A DNA stretch of 64,000 nucleotides from Chrysomallon squamiferum (Eukaryota > Animalia > Mollusca): NCBI GenBank assembly GCA_012295275.1, contig CM022677.1, positions 20,336,001 through 20,400,000 of the forward strand. The letters run 5' to 3'. Of the stretch, positions 1 to 12,200 are shown in pieces. The first letter of the stretch is position 1. Each line of letters starts with the position of its first letter. The translations under genes and the position numbers were made by a program. The notes below the pieces were generated by a model. That model saw only the letters and a list, made by a program, of their open reading frames with translations, was not told the origin of the DNA and searched no databases.

Positions 1-111
1 TACTTGTTTGAAGAGACATGTAGATCATCTCTGAGTATTTACTTAATGGACGAGTAGATCATACAAAGTATATGCTCAAATTAATAAATAGGTTGTCCAG
101 TGTACTTATCT
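1..111. repeat. End of 33-34 bp 'gtagatcatctcaag..ttgaatggacaa' satellite; tail of a presumed upstream gene copy
   Basis: Nearly identical to 19670-19783, which precedes the Tigger element at the A/B junction, and related to 47170-47720. Confidence 0.8.
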
Positions 112-585
112 GACACACGAACGCCACTCTCATGTTTTGCAATTATTTCTTTCTTAACCTCTACTGTGATACGTTTATACTTTCCACCAGCAATATCGCT
201 TTCACTTTTTGTTTTCTTGGGCGCAGTATTGGATAGGGTATAATAATTAAAAAAAATATATATACACATAAAAGCAGCAAACCTTTCAAATTTGCGAGCG
301 CACAATCTCAATGCAAAAGGTATTGAGCTGCAACTGCGTATCGAAGACTAAAGGCCCCAATTCATGATATATATTTACTGTAGGGCATGCCTATAATCCT
401 TACTTTGACCTCGGTTTTGACGTAAGCATCTATTGTTATCTTTACTAGATGCTGACGTCAAAACCGAAGTCAAAAGAAAGCTTGTCGTGGCGCGTCGCTG
501 TAGTTCGTAACTGTAGTTCGTAAGATCACGGTTCGTAATCCGATTTGTTCGTACATCGAGGCGATCGTAACTCGAGGTTCTACTG
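112..585 (-). mobile_element. Non-autonomous pogo/Tigger DNA transposon missing one end
   Basis: TIR ..tcgtaactcgaggttctactg followed by TA; minus-strand remnant KRITVEVKKEIIAKHESGVRVSD resembles the Tigger transposase N-terminal HTH; paralogous to 19839-20387 but its left TIR is deleted. Confidence 0.8.
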
Positions 586-889
586 TACTTTTCTGAGTGC
601 GGACAAATTGATCATCCAAAGTATTTGCCCATTTGGACAAATAAGCCAGATTTGTGCAGTAGAACAGTGAAACTTACAGATGTCATAGTATTGGGTAACA
701 TGAGAAGAAGAAGAAAAAAAACCCAACAAAACAATAATAATAATAAAATTAAATTAAACAAACGTGGCATTGAAAACTAACAATGTCTTAATTAGAGTCA
801 TTTCCTTTAGACCATATAGAAATCGAATATAATTTACAAATAAGAAAACTAACGGAACCATTGGTTTAAATTTAAGATATGTTTCTTTT

Positions 890-930
<41 letters not shown>

Positions 931-1084
931 ATAAAAACTATAAATAAATAAATAAATAAATAATAATAATATAATAAAAGAACCATTAAATTTTTATTTA
1001 TTTATCATCTATTACACTAAATATACATACAATAGGAAAAATAACTTTTGCTGAGATAAAAATATTCGTTCATTATTATTATTA

Positions 1085-1310
1085 TTACAAAATGGCGGTA
1101 ATAAAAACGTAAAATATCTGAAAATTAATTAGGTCAAATTAAACTAAAATTCTTCAGAGTACAACTAAAATATTCGACATTGTTATTTTATACAAAGAAT
1201 GCTCCCAGTGTCTATAAACAAATATGGCGTCGTGTCACATGCAGACGAAAACAAATGTGAATGTGTATTCACAGTATTTTATTTAGATTAGTTTGAAAAG
1301 ATGAAAATGA
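1085..1310 (+). promoter_or_regulatory. Candidate promoter / non-coding first exon, copy A
   Basis: Conserved between copies (21075-21320), locally CpG-containing, two YY1-like ATGGCG motifs (caaaatggcgg, aatatggcgtc), upstream of the acceptor at 2284. Confidence 0.35.
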
Positions 1311-2160
1311 ATTTTAAAAAATCGTTTTATTTCTCATTATTTTCAGTTTCTAAAATCATTATTTTTGTTTATTCCTTTTTTTTCTTCGGCTAGAATTCTA
1401 TTTACCGTAAATTATACACGAAATCCATTCTCTATCAATTTTGAGTCCGGTTATCCAAAGCTCTTGTAGCTTAATTACTAGTTTATGATAAATTTCAAAT
1501 TTTGTTTAATAATAATTTTCTTAGACTCTGAATTACATCATAAATGCACCAAGTATAAGAAATAAATTCATTAAGACGGACTTTGTGAGCATTGCTTATT
1601 GGAATTTAAGAAATCTGGAAATGTAAAACATCAGACATTTTATTTATTTATTTATTTATTTATTAGGTTTACTGTACGTTTTCCCCAGCATATCGTTAAT
1701 AAAAACTGTCTGTGTGCGTGCGTGTGCGTGAGATACATATATCAAAGATATTTTTATTTTGCCTTCTCAAATTTCTGTGTATGCCGGCAACATGTAGAAT
1801 CAATGTCAGTACATTAAACTGAAAATAAATAGACGCAAAAATAAAGAAAAAACAAAAAAGATAAAAATATGCAGAGATGATGATGCTATTATTGTTTTCA
1901 CAACAGCAAAAGCATCACCTCTGTTAATAATTACAACAATACTGATGATATTCTACTACTGCAGCTGCTACGTGCAGCAAAAACAGCAGAATAATAATAG
2001 CATAATAACTGTTGATAAAGATTGTCTTCTACTTCTACTACCACAATTACTACTAGTATACTACTAATATTATTAATTCTACTACTATCACTACTGTTAC
2101 CAGTACTATTACTAGTATTATTACAACTATATCTACTACTATTACATATATATACTACCA

Positions 2161-2222
<62 letters not shown>

Positions 2223-2285
2223 TTAATACCAATAAAACATTATTATGTATTAATAAATATATATTGTTTTATATTTTTAAACAGG

Positions 2286-2354
2286 ATGACACGACAAAAA
2301 CATCAGGAACATTTCAGTGTGAAAGTTAACTTGTGTAAATATGTATATATATAA
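2286..2354 (+). promoter_or_regulatory. uORF MTRQKHQEHFSVKVNLCKYVYI* in 5' UTR part of LRR exon
   Basis: ATG 1 nt after acceptor ttttaaacag|g; stop 5 nt before main ATG; conserved in copy B (22282-22350). Confidence 0.45.
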
Positions 2355-2359
2355 ACAGT

Positions 2360-3305
2360 ATGTCCCAGAGACAAGTTGGTATGAATGGAGCAGTAATTGT
2401 TTTTATTTTAACTGTATACATATACTGTCCAAAATATGTCACTGCAAGATGTCCAAAACAGTGCCACTGTACATGTTATGCTGGAACAGTCACTGTTACT
2501 TGTAAAGGTTTTCAGAATATCACCAGAGATTTTTTTAATAGCAGCATTCAAAATGTGAGAACATTGATATTAAATGGGAACAAAGGGATCATTTTTCATT
2601 CAGGGTGTTTTGATAGAGTAAAAAAATCTTTGATTATGCTTCAGTTAAGGAACTGTGATTTGATGACTGTACCTTCAGAAGTGTTTAGTTTGAGCAGGTT
2701 AAAATCATTAGACATTTCAGACAACCCACTGAAATATCTCAACAAACAGACATTCAGAAGAGGACCCTGTTTGCAGGAGATTGATTTAAGTGGGACACAG
2801 TTTCCATTAATAGAAGGAATTTTTTATGAATTGAGGTTATGTCTAGAAGTTATCAAACTAAACCGACGGAGATTGTTAGAAATTCCCACAAAGATATTCA
2901 GGGGTTTAAAAACAGTTAAAAAACTTGTAATGAGATATGACAGAATAAAGCATGTACAGCCACATGCTTTTGCTGGATTGACACTTAAAAATATAGATTT
3001 ATCTCACAACAGGATATCGAGGGTTAAAGCTGGAGCATTCAGTGATCTTGGTTTGGCTATTTCACTTATAATGGAACATTCCTTGCTGCCACATCTCAGT
3101 TTTATTCTAGGATATGAAGGAGACAAATTTAGTCAGATTGATGTGACAGGTTCTCAAAGCATTACTTGTAACTGTGTTGTCCAGCGTGTTCTTACTGTTC
3201 TGAATCCAGGGACATTGCTAGGAGGATGTAGATCAGACTCTGGGACAAGTATTCAGTTCAGTCAACATGATCCACTCAAATTTAGAAACATCTTTAAGTG
3301 CAAGG
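2360..3305 (+). CDS. Copy A LRR exon: signal peptide, LRRNT (CPKQCHCTC..VTC), ~9 LRRs, LRRCT (ITCNC..C..C)
   Basis: 326-aa ORF with LxxLxLxxNxL-type repeats (LKSLDISDNPL, LKNIDLSHNRI); phase-1 donor AAG G|gtaag. Confidence 0.92.
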
Positions 3306-6300
3306 GTAAGGTTTGCATTTCAACAAATTTATTTTCTTAAGTCTTAATATGAAGTGAGACAAAATATATTCTGTAAATTCTTTTTCTTTTAATTTTAAAA
3401 TGTTATTTTGCTGTCCAGTTTACTTTTGCTGATATAATTTAATAGTCTAAATATATGATAATTATGATAATTATTTTTTATTTATTTATTGATTTATATA
3501 TTTATTTTTTCCTATCCTATTTTTATTAAAGTATTTTCAGTGATAGAAAATGATAATCTAAATATGTCCTCAATGCTTCAAAGTTAAATTTATTTGTAGT
3601 TTTCACTTCCTAATTTTACAGAAAGTGAAAATCTGAAATAACAATCTCAGTACATTTTACATAATTGATTTGATGGTTATGTTAGTTACTCCTCTGTTTA
3701 ATTTTGATAAATTATCATTATGTGTATACACCCTAAATTCATTTGACATAATTCAGTGTGATTATATTACAGGCTTTTGACTCCAGGATTTACTACTAAT
3801 AAATTATTAGTAAAGAAATTGATTAAATTCATTTTACATAATTCATTTAATGGTTAGGTATTCTCTCTAATCTTTAATACTAATAAAGTATTACTGTAAA
3901 AACATAGTCAAAGTTAATTTTACACACACACACACAAGAAAAAAAAGATTAGCTCCTGGGTGTTAAACCAAATATAAATACAACAACATACATACTTAGA
4001 TACCTAAAAACATACTAAACAAAGAAAAGAAAAGTATTTAATAAATAAATAAATCAATCAATCAATAAATAATCTTGACAAGACTGTTATTCTATGAAAT
4101 GCTTTATTATTATTAACATTTGAGGTCCAGTGATTCTTGCTTCGAAGAAGTATTTCAAGCTATCACTTACAAATTATGCTAAGATTGGATGTGTTAAGGT
4201 GTAGTCTGGTGGTTAGAGCTGTAACATGATCTAAAATTTTTCATTACAAAATTATGTTTCAGGTTTATTAGACTGGTAATTGTGCAGTTCTGTTTCAAAA
4301 TTTGAAGAGGTTTATGTTTCCCCCACACCCACTATTTATCACCTAATACAGGGGTGTGCAAACTTATTGATCTTATAGGCCACAGTGTTTTAACTATAAC
4401 CACATAAATTTCATTGTGATGATGAAAGATCTGAAAGCATAACATATGTGATTTTCATAATTTTCTAACAATGAACCTCTGTGACTTTAAAGTGCTGCAT
4501 ATAAATAATGGGTGTGTGTTTACATGTTTCCATGAGAATTGACTTCATCCCTCTATGATTGCCATTAAAGTCAAAATAAAACATTTATTAATATTATTTA
4601 TTACTTTTATTAAATAACAAATTTAAAACTGTCAAATCTAAAAATGAATACAGAATGCCTTGTTGTGTAAGGCATCTGACAGTCATAGAAATTCATGGTG
4701 TACGAGTGTTTATACTGAAATGCAGCCTCGTTATATTCCAAATATGATGTTAAATGTGATGAGGCAACATCCTTCCCATGGCCACACATCATCCTTGGCT
4801 GAATGTGGATGTAAACCGGAGTGTACAACCACAGAGTGTACTCCCCTAACCTACTCTATCCATCATCTATACCTCAGCCTTACTATAATTTTCTATTTAG
4901 CTATGTGTCTAAAATCTACCTGCCTGTCCATCAGTCCATCCATTTATCCTTCTATCTATCCATCTAACTGTCTATCTCTCTATATATCTACCTATCTATC
5001 ATTTAATCTTTCTGTCAGTGTATCTAAATTATCTAGCTGTTGTCACTGTTCACTTACTTGTCTGTGTGTCTGTTATTCTGTCTGCAGGTGAGAAGCTGTG
5101 TCACTTGAAGTGTGAAAATGGAGGACAGGCAGATTCAAGATGTTCTCATTGTGTTTGTAAAGGATACTGGAAGGGACCTACGTGTGGTATGTGCAAATAG
5201 ATTCCGTGTGTGTGTGTATTTGTGACGGATATTTGACTTTTCCAAATAAAAAAAAATTAAAAAATAAAAAAAATAAATAAATAAAAATAAAAATAATAAA
5301 TAAAATGAAATATAAATAAACAAAATAAAAATTAAAAATTATGTTATTTTAACTGCAAAATTTGATTTTTGTATGTTGCTAAGCAAACACTAAGAAAATT
5401 TGATGCATGTGTCTTAGAAAACATTAGAAATTAAAAATATATATTACAGGTACTACAAAATAAGTTTATTGTATTATGTTTCATATATAAGTGGATGTAA
5501 ATCACTAAACAAATGTGTTATGATGTAAAAAACACTAAAAAAATGTGTTATATTTCAGATATATATGGATATAAAACACTGAAAAAACATGTTTATGTTT
5601 CAGATATATGTGGATATAAAACACTAAAAAATGTGTTATATTTCATATGGATATAAAATGGGGGATATAAAACCACAAACAAATTTGTTAAAAAATTTGT
5701 TTCAGATATATGACTGTGGGGGATCTCCATTTGCTGACTGTGAGGGGTGTCTCTGTCCCCCAGGCTGGGGTGGATCTACTTGTAGTCAAAGTATTCTTTT
5801 TTATTTTCTAATCATTAAGAAAGCAAAACAAAAAATAATAATAATAAAAGTAATAAAATAAAAAATTATGAAATAACTACATTATTACTACAATTCTACT
5901 ATACTACTTCGAGTTCAGAGACTACAACTACCTCTAGTTCAGCAAAAATATTATAATTTGTACAACAGCTACAGTACAACTATTACTTTACTACTACTAC
6001 TACTATTACACTACTTCTTTAGCATCTTTATTTCTTTAGCATCTCTTGCTCTCTCATTTTCTGTTTTGTCTTACTCGCTTTCTATTGTGACACTAATTGT
6101 TTGCACACATTCATGCACAAAGACACACAGACACACACACACAGACAAACACACACACGCACACACAGATGCCATAGATACATGGACACAGATACATTAT
6201 ATACCCTACAGCGATTACCACTAATGCCACTAATGATTAATACTAATACTACTAATAATCATACTGGTTCTGGTACTAATACTAATAGTAACACTGACAT

Positions 6301-6658
6301 TGGCTATAACATTGATATTAATACTAGTTCTAGTATTCATACTAATGCCAGTCATGTATTACATCACTACAGGAAAAAAGAGAAGAAAGAATGGTATCAG
6401 TACTAGAGTAAAGAGAAGTAAGTCCGATTTTCACAAGTGTATAAAAGATATATAGATTTCATATAATCAGTCATTTTCTCAAATGTTAGGAAAAATTAGT
6501 AATTTTCACAAAAGAAAAGGATACTTATATATTTTCACAAATGTATACAAAGATGAGTCGTTTAACAAATATTACTAGCTATTATTATTTTGTTGTTGTT
6601 TTCATTGTTATTGTTTTTATTGCTAATATTGTCAGTGTGGTTATTAATGTTGTTATAC

Positions 6659-6694
<36 letters not shown>

Positions 6695-6977
6695 AGGCTG
6701 TTCTTTAAAATGCAATTATGGAGCAAAGCCTAGTTCAGATTGTACAAAATGTGTGTGTTCATTTTACTTGTCTGGAAGGTATTGTGGTATGTTTGATTTT
6801 AGTCTTCATCAACACAGAAGAACACACAGACATACAGAGATACATACAAAATGTGAACAAACACAGAAACAAAATAAACAGATATAAATACAAAGACACA
6901 CAGACACATGAATGTGTACTTAGACAGGTACGCATACACACATACACATATTTAGGGTCAAGTAGAAGCAGAGATTG

Positions 6978-7009
<32 letters not shown>

Positions 7010-8690
7010 TTGTGTGTGTTATTGTGTGTAGAGAGAGAAAGAGAGAGCGAGAGAGAGGAGCTCTGATGACACAAGGGAATTGGAGAGATAAATAAACAGA
7101 TGGATACACAACAAGAAAGGGAGGGAGGGAGGGAGAGAGGCCAAGCAAGCTATTTTGATGTTTATAGGGACAGGAAGAAATAAAAATAAACAGATGGAAA
7201 GATAGAAATTCATTCATTTTTAAAAAAATATAAATATCAATTATTATTAATATTTTTCGTAACACCTGTTTTTCAGAATTTTGCAATCTGGGCTGTCGTA
7301 ATGGTGGCGCTGCTAACAGTATCTGTACCAAGTGTCTGTGTACACCACTGTTCATGGGACCACGCTGCAAGGAGAGTAGGTTCATTTAGTTTCATTTCTG
7401 TTTGTCTGTTTGTGTACATGCATGTTTAGCTGTATCAGTGTATGGGAGTGCCTGCAAGATACTATTTGCAAAACCTGTTGTTTTTGTTCGTTTAAGCAAC
7501 ACATGAGTTTGTATTGATTCCCTGATATGACTGACTTCAAAATGAATGTCTGTCATGCAGTTCCTTGAGAAAGAGTTAATGAGAAGAACACTTTTCTTTA
7601 ATACTTAAAAGCATATTTTATGACTCAGCATATATTTTGTTACTCTCCAAAACAACTGTATATTTTTACTTTCACTTTTGTTTATTTATTTATTTATTAT
7701 TATTATTTTTTTTTTTACAGAGTCTTGTAAATTGGTATGCAAGTCTGGTTCTTCATTTGATCTTCAGTGTACCAAATGTAACTGTTTAGGAAAATGGAGT
7801 GGACTACACTGTGGTAAATAGTATATTTCATTTACTTATTTGTTGCTTTATTTCTTCTGTTGTTTGTTTGTTTGTTTAGTTCATGTGTTACAGATGAATG
7901 TAGTGACATAAACTGTCAAACTAGTACATTATATTTTAACAGATAACTGTAGAGTGACATGTCATAAACTGTCTAACTAGTACATTATATTTTAACAGAT
8001 GACTGTAGAGTGGCATGTCATAAACTGTCTGACTAGTACATTATATTTTAACAGATGACTGTAGAGTGACATGTCATAAACTGTCTAACTAGTACATTAT
8101 ATTTTAACAGATATCTGTACTCTGACATGTCATAAACTGTCAAACTAGTACATTATATTTTAACAGATATCTGTACTCTGACATGTCCTCCTCCAAAAAT
8201 ACTGACAATAGAGTGCACTTGTGGATGTAAGCTGTTTTATACTGGAAGTAACTGTCGTAAGTATTTGCAGTTTGTTAACTAGATTTTATGATGATAATTA
8301 TGATGAAGATGTAAACACCTGCTGAAACAACAACAATAACAACAACAATAATAAAGAAGAATTAAAAAGAACTTTAAATATCATAATGTAATGTATTGTA
8401 TTGTAATGTAATAAGATGATTATATCTGTGCACAGAAACCTGTGGACTAAGATGTCAGCATGGAGGAAATGCAGATTCAAGTTGCTCAAAATGCATATGT
8501 AAAGGATTCTGGTTTGGAAAATTATGTGGTATGTATATGTATGTGTGTGTGTTTGTGTGTGTGTGTGTTTGTGCAAGTATATGATGTATAATACTTATAC
8601 TAATATGTAGTCTTAAACATATGAAAGACCCAGACACATAATTAATAGTGTGATTACACATGCAAACAAGTTATATATACTAAATTAGAA

Positions 8691-8749
<59 letters not shown>

Positions 8750-9175
8750 ATTTATCTTGTGTGTATACACACACATGAACACACACACAAGTGAATACAG
8801 AAAAAACAAATTTCTTGCAAGTTAAGAATGGATATTTTTGTGGGATTCTTTTATTTTTTTTTTTTTTCAGAAATATGTAATCTCCAGAACTGTAACAATC
8901 GGGGGAAACCCATCTTGGAGTCTTGTGAATGTTGGTGTGCTCCTGAGTTCCATGGTCCTTTATGCAAATTTAGGAAATGTATGTTTATACTTTTGCTTCT
9001 TTACTACTACTACTACCACTTCAACTACTACAACAACAACAACAACTACTACTAATATTACTAGTGCTGATATGTAATGATTTTGAATTTACATTTTCAA
9101 TAAATAAACATTTACAATGCAGAATGCAAAAACATCATCTTGTTATTTTCTAAACCAATGCAGCTCTGTTCATTG

Positions 9176-9248
<73 letters not shown>

Positions 9249-12200
9249 TTTGTTTAAGTGGCAGGAGAAGGGGAAATAATTCAATCTGAAGGAGAAGGAG
9301 GAGCAGGAGAAGCATGCCACCTTATTTGTAAAAATGGAGGTCTTCCCAATCCTCAGTGTACTCTCTGTGTGTGCAGAGGATCATGGAAAGGGCCTTCTTG
9401 TGGTAAATATATTTAATGTATATATGTATAAAATTGCAGTGTGTGTGTGTGTGACCTGTTTTCAAAATATGTACATGATTTTTTTTTTAATTTATATATC
9501 TGTTTGCATTTGAACATATTCTATACATTTAGCAGAAACTTCATAGTACTGAAACAGGTTGGAAAATAGTTTTTTTTTCCAGATTTTTTTTTACTTTGTT
9601 TTTATTCATTGTATGTATTAACATATATAGACATCTAAATGTACCTTTGAATATTTAAAACTTAAATTATTATTTACTAGTTGTCAAATTAATTATATAT
9701 TATACGCCTGTTAGCAATGGCAGTGCTATGTTTAGTGCTAAAAAACAATTTGTTATATGTATATGTGTATGTGTATGTGTATATGTATGTGTATATCTGT
9801 GTGTATATATGTGTCATACACACTAATATTTTTTATTACAGTGGGTGTGGGATATGATTTTTAAAATATATAATACATAAACAATTGTATTTTTATCTGA
9901 AAGTGTTACCATGTTTGTTCATGACATTCAAAACTACATTGACAAATTTTGTTTCATTTAGAGAATTGTCCTTTGGTATGCCAACATGGTGGTAAACCAA
10001 ATAGACTGTGCAGTTTTTGTGACTGTGTTGGGAAATGGTATGGACTAGAGTGTGGTAAGAACGAATCATAGAAAAATGAATTATAGATGAAATATTTAAA
10101 AAAACATAATAATAATAATAAAAGTAATAATAATAATGATAATAATAATAAGAAGAAGAAGAGGAAGAAGAATCAGTGTGTTTACATGGACATTTTTTAA
10201 TGTTTATTATATATGAATTGAGCTGAATCTACATGGTTCATTTTATTTATTTTTTTTTATAAATTAATGTCTAGGTTAGATTTATTACACATTTCTATTC
10301 TACGTTTTGTTTGTATATAAATGTCTGCAGATAAACATGCTCTTTCTTTACACAGGCGATGTTAATAAAAGTGTTTTTCTTGTTTGTTTTTTAGAGTTTT
10401 GTAGGGTAAAATGTCAGCATGGTGGTAAGATCAATTCAGATTGTACTGGGTGTAGAGACTGTCGTGCAAAGTGGGGTGGAAACTTCTGTGGTAAGCACAT
10501 TGTAGATATAACAGTGACTGTTCATTTTCACATTATTATTTATTGATGAGACACAGACACACATATCAACACACACACAACAGTTAAATAAAAGATATTA
10601 CCAAATGTATGAGACCCTGAATCAGTGGTGCCCAGTATGTTGATCGTGATCAACTGATTGATCGCGTAGACAGTGTGTGTAGGTCGCATGTCATTAAAAG
10701 ATAGCCCATCATCCATCCTGCAGCCAAAACAATAACAAATGTTTTGCATTTTCATTGTAGGTAGATCATTTTGACTTGGTCTTTTGAAAAAGTAGCTTGG
10801 AAGCAAAAAAGTGTGGGCAACCCTGCCCTAAATAAAATAAATAAGAACATCATTAATCCATCTGTGTGGTAACACAAGTATAGCTTTGTACACATCACAT
10901 ACAAAAAATCTACAGCTAAAGAAGAAATATATATTAACTAAGATACCTTTGAGATAGAGGAGGAATACTGATAACATAGCCGCAATGCCATGAACAAATG
11001 TGACATCTTATGATGTGATTCTATGCCCAGTGAGCAAGTGTCACTGAGTTTGAGTTTGATTTCAGATAAATGTTTAGAAGTTTTATTGCAGCTCTGGTGA
11101 CGTTAATGAATTTAGTTCAGAGTTGTGTAATGGATATGTGGAAATTTATCTTCAAATTAACATGAATAACCTACTAACATATTTCATCGTTATGAAGGTA
11201 TATTAAGTATGAAATAATTAATATATGTAAAATTTCATCTTTATGAAGATGAATTAAATGTGAATAATTGATCTGTGGAAATGCATCTTTATGAAGTTAA
11301 ATTGATTGTAAACAATCTTTTTCGACAATAACTAAACCATTTGCTCTCTTTGTGAATTACACGCACCATAATGTCAATGATGTCACATCTGTTCACAGCA
11401 TCATACCTATGTTATCAGTATTCTTTCTCTGTCTCAAAGGTATGTATTTCATATTTAGCTGTAGATTTATACGTGATGTGTACAAAACTATACTTGTACT
11501 GTTGTAAGGATGGATTTATAATTATCTAATTTATTTTATTTAGGGTCTCATACTTTTGATAAAATACATCTTTTATTTAACTGTATTGTGTGTTTGTGTG
11601 TTTGTGTGCATGGTATATATATAATTTTACTCTGTGTGTGTGTGTTGGTATTCCAGGTTTGTTAAAAAAATATGAATACATCTTTCAATTCTTCTGTCTG
11701 TCTATCTATCTATCTATCTACCTATGCAAAACATAATGGTTATATGCTAGTTTATGCTTTGTTTATGATATTGAAGAATATATAAAATTTTTGTTTTCAT
11801 TCAGAGCGTTGCAATCTGAAGTGTGACCGAGGCACACCCAGCTCTGACTGCACTAGATGTCAGTGTGCTGGAGTCAAGACTGCAAAACCATGTGGTAAAT
11901 TCATTTTAAAAACCATTCCTATCCATTTTAATTTAGTGTGTGGTAAGAACCATTTATTACATGGTAAAAAACCAGTTATTAAGTGGTAAAAACCATTTAT
12001 AGATATTTTAATTTATTGTGTGGTAAGAAACGTTTATTACATTGTTGGAAAACCTTTATTACATGGTAAAGACCATTTATTACATGGTAAAAACCATTCA
12101 TAGATATTTTAAGTTGATGTGGTAAAATCATTTGTAAATATTTTACATTACTGTGTTTACAGTAGACTCTTATTTAACAGAATTTAAGGAAAGGAATTGT

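Noticed and set aside
2022-2354. Hydrophobic poly-Ile/Leu ORF upstream of the LRR exon (also 21923-22186)
   Set aside because: (AAT)n/(ACT)n microsatellite in intron
4349-4848. Possible old hAT MITE starting caggggtgtgcaaactt
   Set aside because: Right TIR and TSD too degenerate to support
6759-7385. 208-aa minus-strand ORF
   Set aside because: Antisense to two EGF exons plus microsatellites; not maintained in copy B
9265-9307. Stronger-looking CAG acceptors inside the linker exon
   Set aside because: Joined to the previous exon's terminal T they create TGA, so the upstream AAG acceptor was preferred; unverified
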